Shown here: piece after piece, positions 42,584-51,822 of the stretch
How the letters are laid out: the number at the start of each line of letters is the position of its first letter
Position numbering within the stretch: position 1 is the first letter of the stretch
Source: Opitutia bacterium
Lineage (GTDB): Bacteria; Verrucomicrobiota; Verrucomicrobiia; Opitutales; T3Sed10-336
Direction of reading: 5' to 3'
NCBI GenBank assembly: GCA_003558065.1
Contig: PWMU01000037.1
Location: 19,473 to 83,472, forward strand
DNA: 64,000 nucleotides
Position numbers and translations under genes: made by a program
The notes under the pieces: model-generated
The model's input: only the letters and a program-made list of their open reading frames with translations
What the model was told of the DNA's origin: nothing
Databases searched by the model: none

Positions 42584-43945
42584 GTGCCCGCCGTGAAAGA
42601 TCTGCTTGAAGAAACCGCCAAATCCGTACAGGAAACCTATCGAAAATCCATCGATCCTCTGGCGAGGAAATTCGCGTTTGAAAAGCGACCGAGCGACGGT
42701 GAGATATTAGGGGGGCCGCTCGTGCTGTTTGTCGGCAACCATTCCTCCGGGAAATCGACCTTCATCAATTTTCTCCTCGGTGAACCCATCCAGCGTACCG
42801 GAATGGCGCCGACCGACGATTGTTTTACCATCATCCGCCACGGCAGGCACCGGGAGGAGAAGGACGGGCGCGCCATTGTTTCCAATCCGGAGCTGCCTTT
42901 CGGCGGCGCCGCCCACATCGGCCCGGAATTCCTGTCCCACTTTCGGATGCGGCTTTTGCCCAATGAGTTTCTCCGCGATATTACCCTGGTGGATACGCCT
43001 GGAATGATTGATTCGGCCGGCCCGGACAGCACCCGGGGCTATGATTTTTCCTCGGTGGTCCGCTGGTTCGCCGAGCGTGCCGATCTCGTCCTGGTTTTTT
43101 TCGATCCCGAGCGTCCCGGCACCACCGCCGAGACCATGACCGAGCTGACCGAGTCCCTCGGGCGTATTGATCACAAGCTGCTGGTGGTGATGAATAAGAT
43201 GGACCAGTTCCGGAGCCTGCGGGATTTCGCACGTTGCTACGGAACGCTCTGCTGGAACCTGGGCAAGGTCATTCCCAAAAAGGACATTCCCCAGATTTTC
43301 ACCACCTTTGTGCCCGTTAAGGGCGCGGCGGAATCGGCGCTGTCGCTGACTGATTTCGCGCAGGCCCGGGATGAACTGGTGCAGGAGATCAAGCGGACGC
43401 CGGTGCGGCGCCTGGACAATATCCTCACCCAGGCAAGCATTTACGGGCGGCGTTTGAAGATGTATGTGCGCATTATCAATCGCACGCGACAGTTGCTGAT
43501 GCGTTTCCGCCGCGGCTTGTACGCGGCTCTCGGGGCCGTGCTGGTGCTGGGGCTCATGGGAGGCGGCTACTTTGTCGCCCAGGAGTCGTGGGTGACGGGT
43601 CTACTGATTGCCGCGGTTTCGGTGGGGGCGGCTGTCGGAGGCTTTTTCGGTTTTCGCGAGATGGTCCGTCGGCGCGAAAAGAAACTGATCAACGACCTCG
43701 ATTCCATTTTTGAAGAGGTCTATAAACGCGACCTGGTCGTGGGGAACCGGGAGGACGATTTGATCCTTTTGTGGAAGGATGTCCGCCCGTCGATTATATG
43801 GACCCTCGAAAACCTCGGCCTCCTGACATTGCCCCGCTTGAAGAATTCCGAGCATGCCCGGTTGGACGAAGTGCTGCAGAAAGAGGTTCCGGATCTTCGA
43901 GCCAAACTGCACCGGAAACTCGAATCAAAACCGACGATTTATTGA
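42584..43945 (+). CDS. EHD-like dynamin-superfamily NTPase with a C-terminal transmembrane hairpin
   Basis: Contains LVLFVGNHSSGKSTFINFLLGE, LVDTPGM, TRGYDFSSVVRWFAERADLVLVFFD, VVMNKMDQF and CYGTLCWNLGKVI. This is near-colinear with the eukaryotic EHD G domain as I recall it. A hydrophobic hairpin follows: LYAALGAVLVLGLMGGGYFVAQESWVTGLLIAAVSVGAAVGGFFGF. Confidence 0.75.
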   Translation: MPAVKDLLEETAKSVQETYRKSIDPLARKFAFEKRPSDGEILGGPLVLFVGNHSSGKSTFINFLLGEPIQRTGMAPTDDCFTIIRHGRHREEKDGRAIVSNPELPFGGAAHIGPEFLSHFRMRLLPNEFLRDITLVDTPGMIDSAGPDSTRGYDFSSVVRWFAERADLVLVFFDPERPGTTAETMTELTESLGRIDHKLLVVMNKMDQFRSLRDFARCYGTLCWNLGKVIPKKDIPQIFTTFVPVKGAAESALSLTDFAQARDELVQEIKRTPVRRLDNILTQASIYGRRLKMYVRIINRTRQLLMRFRRGLYAALGAVLVLGLMGGGYFVAQESWVTGLLIAAVSVGAAVGGFFGFREMVRRREKKLINDLDSIFEEVYKRDLVVGNREDDLILLWKDVRPSIIWTLENLGLLTLPRLKNSEHARLDEVLQKEVPDLRAKLHRKLESKPTIY

Positions 43946-43948
43946 ACC

Positions 43949-44911
43949 ATGAACAGGATATTACTCACAACCACCTCGTTCCAGGATACACCGGGCCCGC
44001 ACCACGACAAACTGGAAGAAGCAGGCTATGAAATCATCAGGGAGCGCGGCCCGCTTTCGGAAGACCGCATGCTGGAGCTGGTCGGCGAGGTGGACGGTCT
44101 TCTCTGCGGAGACGACGCCATAACGCGCGCGGTTATCGAAAAGGCCCTTCCGCGGCTGAAGGTGATCAGCAAGTACGGAATCGGCCTTGACAAGGTCGAG
44201 GTGGAGGCCGCCACGGAGAATAAGGTGCCGGTGACGTTCTGCCCGGGCGTCAATCACACCACGGTCGCCGAACACACCTTCGGGCTACTCCTGGCGGTCT
44301 ACCGTCACATCGTCACCGAGTGCAATCACGTCAAATCCGGCGAATGGAAACGCCTTACCGGACACGAATTGATGGGGAAAACGATCGGGATTGTCGGGTT
44401 GGGCCGGATAGGCAAGGAGGTTGCTATACGGGCCCGGGCTTTCGGTATGAAAGTGCTGGGATACGATATTTACTGGGATGATGACTTTGCGAAGCAGCAT
44501 GACGTGGAGCGCGTCGAGTCGGCCATCGACATTTTCCGCGCCGCCGAAGTGATCAGCTTGCACACCAATCTGACCGGCGAGACCCGTCACATGATCAATG
44601 CCGACACCCTCAAGTTGATGAAGAAGGAAACGGTCCTGCTCAATTGCGCCAGGGGCGAACTCGTCGAGACGGCGGCGTTGGTGACGGCCCTCAATGAAGG
44701 GGCTATTGCCGGCTACGGAACCGATGTGCTCGACCAGGAGCCGCCCCCCGCCGACCATCCGCTCCTTTCCTGTGAAACAGCGGTAATCACGCCTCATATC
44801 GGGTCGCGTACGTACGAAAGCGTCGTGCGGCAGGCGAGCATGGCGGTTGATAACCTGATTGCGGTCCTCAAGGGTGAAAAGCCGCGGGCCCAGGCCAATA
44901 CTATCGGGTAA
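43949..44911 (+). CDS. D-isomer-specific 2-hydroxyacid dehydrogenase (PGDH/glyoxylate reductase-like)
   Basis: NAD-binding motif [17 protein letters not shown], plus the catalytic region NCARGELV...TPHIGS. Confidence 0.85.
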   Translation: MNRILLTTTSFQDTPGPHHDKLEEAGYEIIRERGPLSEDRMLELVGEVDGLLCGDDAITRAVIEKALPRLKVISKYGIGLDKVEVEAATENKVPVTFCPGVNHTTVAEHTFGLLLAVYRHIVTECNHVKSGEWKRLTGHELMGKTIGIVGLGRIGKEVAIRARAFGMKVLGYDIYWDDDFAKQHDVERVESAIDIFRAAEVISLHTNLTGETRHMINADTLKLMKKETVLLNCARGELVETAALVTALNEGAIAGYGTDVLDQEPPPADHPLLSCETAVITPHIGSRTYESVVRQASMAVDNLIAVLKGEKPRAQANTIG

Positions 44912-44931
44912 CCGGCAACCGGACCTTCATT

Positions 44932-46026
44932 ATGGATGAAACCTATTATATCGTACCCGAAAGGGCCCATAACGAACTGGTGGCCGCGGTGTATCGGAGT
45001 CGCGGTTACACCGAACAGGAAGGCGAGGACGCCGCCAGGTTTTGCGCCGAGGCGGCCCGGCACGGCATCCGCACGCATAACGCGATCAAGGCGCTCCATC
45101 TCGACCACCTCTTCGGCAGCGGCTCGCAGGGATGCGTGCCTGGAGCGGAGATCGAGGTTCTGCAGAGCCGTTTCCCGGCTTCCCTCGTCTGGAATGCCAA
45201 CCGCAAGCTCGGCCAGTCGGTGGCCTACCGGGCGATGGAGAAGTGCATGAATCTGGCCGACGAGTACGGCGTGGGTATCGTCAGTGTCGACAATGCTTTT
45301 CACTACCTGTGGGGGGGCGGCTATGTCATGGATGCTGCCAGAAAGGGTTACATCGCTTATACCAATTGCACGGCGGCCCTTGCGGAAGTGGTTCCTTTTA
45401 TGGGAAAAATGCCGACGCTCGGCACGAATCCCCACAGTTGGGGGTTTCCCACGGTCGATGCGCTGGGGTATCCCGTCGTGATCGACTGGGCGACGTCGGT
45501 TGTGGCGATGGGGCGCGTTCAGCAGCTCAAGCGGGAGGGCAAGACCCTGCCGCCCGATGCCGCGGTCGACGCGGAAGGAAATCCCACCACCGACCCGGGA
45601 AAAGCGGTCGCGCTGCTGCCGTTCGGGGCGCACAAGGGGTACGGGCTCAGTCTCATCAACGAAATCGTCGGGGCGATGATCGGCGGGTCGCTCCCTACGC
45701 TGCGCAGCCGTTGGACCGACGACGGGGACAAACACACGCCCAATTTCTTTTTCCAGGTGATTCATCCCGATGCGCTCGATGGCGGCAATTTCGCGAAGGG
45801 GCGTACTCAGGTGGACAACCTGAAGAAGGTGCTCGATGATATTTTTCAGGATGGCAACCGGGATTGCATCCTTCCCGGCCAGATTGAAGCCGAAGCCGCC
45901 GCGCGTTCGGCCAGGTACGGAGGATTGCTCTTCTCTCAGGCCGAAATCGAAGCCTTCAACGAGATCGCCGCTGAAGCCGGCCGGGAACCCTGGGATACTG
46001 CTTCGTTCAAAACGGCCGACTCATGA
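44932..46026 (+). CDS. Ldh_2 family (malate/L-lactate/ureidoglycolate-type) dehydrogenase
   Basis: Contains GTNPHSWGFPT...AMGRVQQLKREGKTLPPDAAVDAEGNPTTDP...PFGAHKGYGLSLINEIV. Confidence 0.8.
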   Translation: MDETYYIVPERAHNELVAAVYRSRGYTEQEGEDAARFCAEAARHGIRTHNAIKALHLDHLFGSGSQGCVPGAEIEVLQSRFPASLVWNANRKLGQSVAYRAMEKCMNLADEYGVGIVSVDNAFHYLWGGGYVMDAARKGYIAYTNCTAALAEVVPFMGKMPTLGTNPHSWGFPTVDALGYPVVIDWATSVVAMGRVQQLKREGKTLPPDAAVDAEGNPTTDPGKAVALLPFGAHKGYGLSLINEIVGAMIGGSLPTLRSRWTDDGDKHTPNFFFQVIHPDALDGGNFAKGRTQVDNLKKVLDDIFQDGNRDCILPGQIEAEAAARSARYGGLLFSQAEIEAFNEIAAEAGREPWDTASFKTADS

Positions 46027-46192
46027 AGCTCTGATCGGATAACCCGCGGGAAAACGCAGTCGTATTCCGGCTGGCGTTAGCCGCAATCGGACCCTGCCGG
46101 GATCGCGATCAATCCGACAACCTGAAATGCGTAAACCACGGCAATAATTGATAGGACCTTCTCAAGTATAATCATCTGCACGGAGAACCATC

Positions 46193-47293
46193 ATGACAGC
46201 GATGAAGATCAAACCAGTCGATTCCTGTAACTACGACCTTCTCGCCCTGGGCGAGATCATGCTGCGGCTTGATCCGGGCGAGGGCCGCGTGCGTACCGCA
46301 CGCTCTTTCCAGGTTTGGGAGGGCGGTGGCGAGTACAATGTCGCCCGCGGACTCCGGCGCTGCTTCGGGTTGCGCACCGGCGTTGTCACCGCTTTCGCCG
46401 ACAACGATATCGGACGCCTTATTGAAGACTTCATTCTTCAAGGAGGTGTCGATACCTCGCTCATCAAATGGGTGCCCTATGACGGACTCGGGCGAACGGT
46501 TCGCAACGGTCTCAATTTCACCGAGCGCGGCTTTGGGATTCGTGGCGCTGTCGGCGTGCCGGATCGCGGATTGACCGCGGCTTCCCAGATCAAGCCCGGA
46601 GACATTGATTGGGAGGATATTTTCGGGCGCCAGGGAGTGCGCTGGTTTCACACCGGGGGAATCTATGCCGCCCTGTCCGAGAGCAGCGCGGCTGTGGTTG
46701 AAGAGGCGGTCGAGGCCGCCAATAAACACGGGACAATCGTGTCCTACGACCTCAATTACCGGCCCTCCCTCTGGAAGTCAATCGGCGGCCTCGAAAAGGC
46801 GCAGGAGATCAATCGGCGCATCGCCCGATTTGTCGACGTCATGATCGGGAACGAGGAGGACTTCACGGCGTGCCTCGGGTTCGAAGTGGAAGGGGTGGAT
46901 GAAAACATTTCCTCGATCGAGGTCGAGAGTTTCAAGAAGATGATCACGCGCGTGGTGAAAGAGTTTTCCAACTTCAAAGCCACCGCCACGACCCTGCGTA
47001 CCGTCAAGACAGCGACGATCAATGACTGGGGGGCGATTTGCTGGCACGACGGGCGGTTTTGCGAAGCCACCTACCGGGAGAATCTCGAAATTCTCGACCG
47101 GGTCGGGGGCGGCGACAGCTTTGCTTCCGGCCTGATATACGGTTTCCTGAGTACCGGCGATCCCCGGAAGGCTGTCGAGTACGGAGCCGCCCACGGTGCC
47201 CTCGCCATGACGACGCCGGGCGACACGTCCATGGCCAGCAAGGCCGAAGTCGAAAAAATCATGTCAGGGGGCGGAGCCCGGGTGGTGAGATGA
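46193..47293 (+). CDS. kdgK: PfkB-family sugar kinase, 2-dehydro-3-deoxygluconokinase-like
   Basis: Contains YDLLALGEIMLRLDP...GGGEYNVARGL... and the C-terminal DRVGGGDSFASGLIYGFL (PfkB signature 2). Confidence 0.7.
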   Translation: MTAMKIKPVDSCNYDLLALGEIMLRLDPGEGRVRTARSFQVWEGGGEYNVARGLRRCFGLRTGVVTAFADNDIGRLIEDFILQGGVDTSLIKWVPYDGLGRTVRNGLNFTERGFGIRGAVGVPDRGLTAASQIKPGDIDWEDIFGRQGVRWFHTGGIYAALSESSAAVVEEAVEAANKHGTIVSYDLNYRPSLWKSIGGLEKAQEINRRIARFVDVMIGNEEDFTACLGFEVEGVDENISSIEVESFKKMITRVVKEFSNFKATATTLRTVKTATINDWGAICWHDGRFCEATYRENLEILDRVGGGDSFASGLIYGFLSTGDPRKAVEYGAAHGALAMTTPGDTSMASKAEVEKIMSGGGARVVR

Positions 47294-47497
47294 CCCGCCG
47301 GTATTGGGTCAGTGAACGGTCCCGGCCTGTAAAGCTTTCCTGCTCTGAATGTTCACCGGCAGCCTCGATGCTTTGGACCCACACCCGGCAACTCCTCCCG
47401 CAATCAAATCCTTTCCTGCAGGGGCGGGTTTAGCCCGCGACCTGGAAATACTCCCCGCGAGTCAAACTGAAACCTGAACAACTGAAACCACTTTCCC

Positions 47498-48283
47498 ATG
47501 TCGAATAAATACCTGACAGATCTCTTTTCACTCAAAGGCAAGGTCGCCGTCGTTATCGGCGGGACCGGCGAACTCTGCGGCCAGATGGCCGAGGGATTGG
47601 CGGGGGCCGGGGCCGAGGTCATCCTCGTTGGCCGAAGCGAGGAAAAAGCAAAAAAGCGCCTGGCCGCCATCGAAAAGCTGGGGGGCAAGGGAACCTTTAT
47701 CGCCGCGGATGTCACGACCAAGAGCAGCCTGGAAAAACTTTTGGTCGACGCCGTCGAGGCCTCGGGAAAGGTCGATATTCTTGTTAACGGTGCGGGTGTC
47801 AATTCTCCGACGCCGTTTTTCGAGATTTCCGAGGAGGAATATGACAAGATCATGACGACCAACCTAAAAGCGGTTTTCCTCGCCTGCCAGGTGTTCGGGA
47901 AGTACTTCGTCGACCGCGGGGAGCCCGCGTCGATTATCAATGTCGGTTCGATGTCCGGCGTCATTCCGATTTCCCGCGTCTTTACCTACTCAGTGACGAA
48001 GGCAGGGGTTCACAATCTCTCGAAGAACCTCGCCCGCGAGTGGGCTGAGAAACAGGTACGTGTCAACACCCTGGTGCCCGGCTTCTTCCCCGCCGAACAG
48101 AACAAGAAAGTCCTCACGCCCGACCGCGTCGAGAGCATTATGGGCCACACGCCGATGAACCGCTTCGGACGGGCGGAGGAACTCGTCGGAGCCACTGTCC
48201 TTCTCGCTTCCGAAAAAGCCGGCTCCTTCATCACCGGCGAGGAACTCATTGTCGACGGCGGCTTTGCTTCCATGACGATATAG
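47498..48283 (+). CDS. SDR-family oxidoreductase
   Basis: Contains [20 protein letters not shown] and [16 protein letters not shown] (YxxxK). Sits in a hexuronate-cluster context. Confidence 0.8.
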   Translation: MSNKYLTDLFSLKGKVAVVIGGTGELCGQMAEGLAGAGAEVILVGRSEEKAKKRLAAIEKLGGKGTFIAADVTTKSSLEKLLVDAVEASGKVDILVNGAGVNSPTPFFEISEEEYDKIMTTNLKAVFLACQVFGKYFVDRGEPASIINVGSMSGVIPISRVFTYSVTKAGVHNLSKNLAREWAEKQVRVNTLVPGFFPAEQNKKVLTPDRVESIMGHTPMNRFGRAEELVGATVLLASEKAGSFITGEELIVDGGFASMTI

Positions 48284-48348
48284 AGCGAAGCGAGTCGAGG
48301 GACCGCCGGGAACCACGAACCAGGAATCTTCCATTCCAGCCTCCCCCC

Positions 48349-49767
48349 ATGAAGACGTTCATCACTGAAGACTTTCTCCTGCAGAGCGAAACGGCACGCG
48401 AGCTCTATCACGATTATGCGAAGAAGGAGCCGATCTTCGACTATCATTGCCACCTGCCGCCCGGGGAAATTGCCGGAAACAAATCGTTCCCGAATCTCGG
48501 GGCCATCTGGCTGGCCGGCGATCATTACAAGTGGCGTGCCATGCGGGCCAACGGGGTGGAGGAGCGGTATTGCACCGGCGACGCCGGCGATCGGGAGAAA
48601 TTCCTGGCCTACGCCCGTACCGTGTCGAAGGCCCTTCGCAATCCGTTGTATCACTGGACGCACCTCGAGTTAAAGCGGTTTTTCGGGATCGATAAACTCC
48701 TCAACGAAGCTACCGCCGAGGAAATCTGGGAGGAGACACGCGAGAAACTCGCCCGACCCGAGATGTCGGTGAACGGCATTCTCGAAAGCAACCGGGTCTC
48801 GGTCATCTGTACCACGGACGATCCGGTCGATTCGCTCGAACATCACAGAAAGATCCGGGACGACGGCGTTGTTAAGACCCGCGTCTACCCGACCTTCCGG
48901 CCCGACAAGGCGCTCGCGATCGATCAGCCGGAGGCGTTCAATGCCTGGACCGAACGCCTCGCGGAAGCGACCGGGTGCGATTGCGGAAAATTCGACGGGT
49001 TCCTCGACGCCTTGAAGAGCCGTCACGATTTCTTCCACTCCCTCGGAGGACGGCTTTCCGATCACGGCATGAGCCGCTGCGACAACGAGGACTGCACCGA
49101 TGTGGAAGCCCGGGCCGTTTTCGACAAGGGCCGATCGGGAAAGGCGGTTTCCCCGGCGGATGTCGCAAAGTTCCGGACCTACATGATGGTCTTTTTCGGG
49201 CACCTCGACGCCGAAAAGGGCTGGACCAAGCAGCTTCACCTCGGCGCCATGCGCAATAACAATACGAGGCTTTTTGAAAAACTCGGCCCGGATACCGGGT
49301 TCGACTCCATCGGCGATTATCCCCAGGCCGAACGCCTTTCCGGATTTCTCGACCGTCTGGACCGGACCGATCAGCTGCCCAGGACGATCCTCTACAACAA
49401 CAATCCCAACGACAACTACATCTTCGCCACCATGATCGGAAACTTCCAGGATGGCAGTATTCCCGGAAAGATGCAGTTCGGCAGCGGCTGGTGGCATCTC
49501 GATCAGAAGGAGGGTATGGAATGGCAGTTGAACGCCCTTTCCAACCTCGGCCTCCTGAGCCGTTTCGTCGGGATGCTGACCGATTCCCGGAGCTTTCTCT
49601 CGTATTCACGTCACGAATACTTCCGCCGAATCCTCTGCAACCTGATCGGCCGTGATGTGGAGAATGGCGAACTGCCCCGGGATACGGAACTGCTCGGCGG
49701 CATGGTTCGTGACATCTGCTTCCGCAACGCGGAAGGTTATTTCGGCCTGGAAACAGGAGAGGTTTGA
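48349..49767 (+). CDS. uxaC: Glucuronate isomerase
   Basis: FITEDFLLQSETARELYHDYAKKEPIFDYHCHLPP...GDHYKWRAMRANGV is the canonical UxaC N-terminus. Confidence 0.9.
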   Translation: MKTFITEDFLLQSETARELYHDYAKKEPIFDYHCHLPPGEIAGNKSFPNLGAIWLAGDHYKWRAMRANGVEERYCTGDAGDREKFLAYARTVSKALRNPLYHWTHLELKRFFGIDKLLNEATAEEIWEETREKLARPEMSVNGILESNRVSVICTTDDPVDSLEHHRKIRDDGVVKTRVYPTFRPDKALAIDQPEAFNAWTERLAEATGCDCGKFDGFLDALKSRHDFFHSLGGRLSDHGMSRCDNEDCTDVEARAVFDKGRSGKAVSPADVAKFRTYMMVFFGHLDAEKGWTKQLHLGAMRNNNTRLFEKLGPDTGFDSIGDYPQAERLSGFLDRLDRTDQLPRTILYNNNPNDNYIFATMIGNFQDGSIPGKMQFGSGWWHLDQKEGMEWQLNALSNLGLLSRFVGMLTDSRSFLSYSRHEYFRRILCNLIGRDVENGELPRDTELLGGMVRDICFRNAEGYFGLETGEV

Positions 49768-49851
49768 CGGGAACGCGGGCGACCAGGGTTGTTTATCGGT
49801 TCCCGAAAATACGGATTGAGTGGCCGCCCCCGGGCTACTACGGTGTTTTCC

Positions 49852-50982
49852 ATGGGCGACAAGAAGGAGCGGACGGATCCCTTTGATTCGGTGGAAACGG
49901 CGATCGGCGCCATTGCGGACGGCCGGATGGTGATCGTTACCGACGACGAGGACCGGGAGAATGAAGGGGATCTGGTGATGGCGGCTTCCAAGGCGACGCC
50001 AGAGACGGTCAATATGATGATCCGGCACGCCAGGGGACTGATCTGCGTCCCGACCACGAGTCATCAGTTGAAGCGTCTGGGGATCAATCAAATGGTTTCG
50101 GAGAACCGCGATCCGAACCGCACCGACTTTTCCGTTTCGGTGGACGCGGCGGAGGGCATAACAACCGGTATCAGCGCGTATGACCGGTGTCGCACCATCG
50201 AACTCCTGGCGGATCCCGAACGCCGTCCGGACGATCTGGTTCAGCCCGGCCACGTTTTTCCCCTGCGGGCGAAACCCGGAGGCGTGCTCGAGCGGGCCGG
50301 TCACACGGAGGCGTCGGTAGACCTCGCTTCGCTGGCCGGGCTCAATCCCACCGGCGTGATCTGCGAGATCCTCAATGAGGACGGTTCCGTGGCACGGGTG
50401 CCGGAACTTCTGGCATTTAAGGAAAAATTCGGGCTCCCGATGATTTCCATTGCCTCATTGATCGACTACCGCCGCCGTCGCGAGCGATTGGTGGAGGAGA
50501 TTAACCGGCGCCCGTTCGAGTCGGAGTTCGGTAAATTCCAGTTGCACCTTTTCCGAAGCCGGCTCGACGATCGCTTTCACCTGGCTTTCACAATGGGTAA
50601 GCTGGACGGTTCTCCCACGCTGGTGCGTGTGCACAGCGAGAACGTGCTCAGCGATGTATTTCGTGCCGTGGGCTTCGGAAGCTACCACTCCCTGATGGGA
50701 TCCCTCCGGAAGATCGCCGAAGAAGGCTGCGGGGCAGTGGTGTACATCGGGCAACCGCACGACGGCCTCAATCACTTGCTGGAAACACCGGTTCGTGGGG
50801 AGACCCCCGTGAAATCAACGGACTCCGGGCCTCCCAGGCAATTCCGCGATTACGGCATCGGCGCCCAGATTCTCGTCGCTCTGGGACTGCGCCAAATCCG
50901 GCTCCTTTCGAGCCACAGCCGGCACGTTGTCGGTCTTGAAGGCTACGGTCTCGAGATTGTGGAACAGGTCTCGACGGAGTGA
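49852..50982 (+). CDS. ribB: 3,4-dihydroxy-2-butanone-4-phosphate synthase fused to a degenerate GTP cyclohydrolase II-like domain (RibBX type)
   Basis: The DHBPS part has IADGRMVIVTDDEDRENEGDLVMAA...RHARGLICVP...GHVFPL...GVLERAGHTEA. The C-terminal domain keeps RVHSE and YGIGAQIL...IRLLS but lacks the Cys zinc ligands (HSENVLSDVFRAVGFGS). Confidence 0.85.
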   Translation: MGDKKERTDPFDSVETAIGAIADGRMVIVTDDEDRENEGDLVMAASKATPETVNMMIRHARGLICVPTTSHQLKRLGINQMVSENRDPNRTDFSVSVDAAEGITTGISAYDRCRTIELLADPERRPDDLVQPGHVFPLRAKPGGVLERAGHTEASVDLASLAGLNPTGVICEILNEDGSVARVPELLAFKEKFGLPMISIASLIDYRRRRERLVEEINRRPFESEFGKFQLHLFRSRLDDRFHLAFTMGKLDGSPTLVRVHSENVLSDVFRAVGFGSYHSLMGSLRKIAEEGCGAVVYIGQPHDGLNHLLETPVRGETPVKSTDSGPPRQFRDYGIGAQILVALGLRQIRLLSSHSRHVVGLEGYGLEIVEQVSTE

Positions 50983-51010
50983 CACGGAGCCGGCGGCCGA
51001 CCGAGCCGAT

Positions 51011-51685
51011 CTACCGCCGGCTGAGAAGGAAAAGCCAGACGAGGTTCGCGAGGCTGCTCACAAAAGCGGCGACGTAGGTGAGGGCGGCGGCGTTGAGAGT
51101 CTTGCTGACCCCGACCATCTCGTCCTGGTCGATGATTCCGATGCCGACCAATTCCTGCTTGGCCCGGCGGCTCGCGTCGAATTCGACCGGGAGAGTGACA
51201 AGCTGGAACACCGTCAGCACGAGGTAGACCAGAACCCCCAGTTGGATGAGCCCGAGCATGTTGAAGACCAGGCCGCCGATAATAACAAACGGAAGCATCT
51301 GGGAAGCGATGCCCGTGACCGGAACCAGCGCCATGCGCGCCTTCAATGCCTTGTATCCGACCTTGTGCTGGATGGCGTGGCCGGCCTCGTGCGCGGCCAC
51401 GCCGAGCGCGGCCAGGCTGGTGCCGTGGAAGTTCTCACTGCTGAGGACCAGGCGCTTGTGGATCGGATCGTAGTGGTCGGTGAGGTGGCCGCCGGTCTCG
51501 ATGATGTCCACGCCGCTGACCCCGGCCTTGCGCATGACCGCGTCGGCCGCTTCCCGCCCGGTGATTCCTCCGCGCGAAGGCACCTTGACCCACTTATTGT
51601 AAGTCGAAGTGACCTTGTGTTGCGCGTAAACGCCCAGAATAATCGTCGGTACGATGAGAACCAGAAAAAGTGTCATTCCTTCCAT
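51011..51685 (-). CDS. YugP-type membrane zinc metallopeptidase (Zn_peptidase_2)
   Basis: Contains YAQHKVTSTYNKW...GHLTDHYDP..K.LVLS...SLAALGVAAHEAGHAIQH. The start is 51685, 51676 or 51703. Confidence 0.8.
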   Translation of the reverse strand: MEGMTLFLVLIVPTIILGVYAQHKVTSTYNKWVKVPSRGGITGREAADAVMRKAGVSGVDIIETGGHLTDHYDPIHKRLVLSSENFHGTSLAALGVAAHEAGHAIQHKVGYKALKARMALVPVTGIASQMLPFVIIGGLVFNMLGLIQLGVLVYLVLTVFQLVTLPVEFDASRRAKQELVGIGIIDQDEMVGVSKTLNAAALTYVAAFVSSLANLVWLFLLSRR

Positions 51686-51822
51686 GTTTCTTGAGAGTTG
51701 CAATTATGCAATAGTCAAAAAACAGCGAAATGGCAAAAGGGTTCCCCGTTTTTGGTCCGGGAAGGAGGCTGGGACCACTTCCCCGGCAACCAGCCCGGAT
51801 CAACGAATCCGGATCTCTCCCC

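Noticed and set aside
47461-47490. CTGAA-containing pseudo-heptamer repeats upstream of the SDR gene
   Set aside because: There are only three imperfect units with irregular 7-8 nt spacing, which is too weak to call a repeat element.
49768-49851. FMN (RFN) riboswitch upstream of ribB
   Set aside because: The leader is only 84 nt and I could not find the conserved RFN core segments. It contains only a 7-bp hairpin (CGGGAAC...GTTCCCG, 49767-49804).
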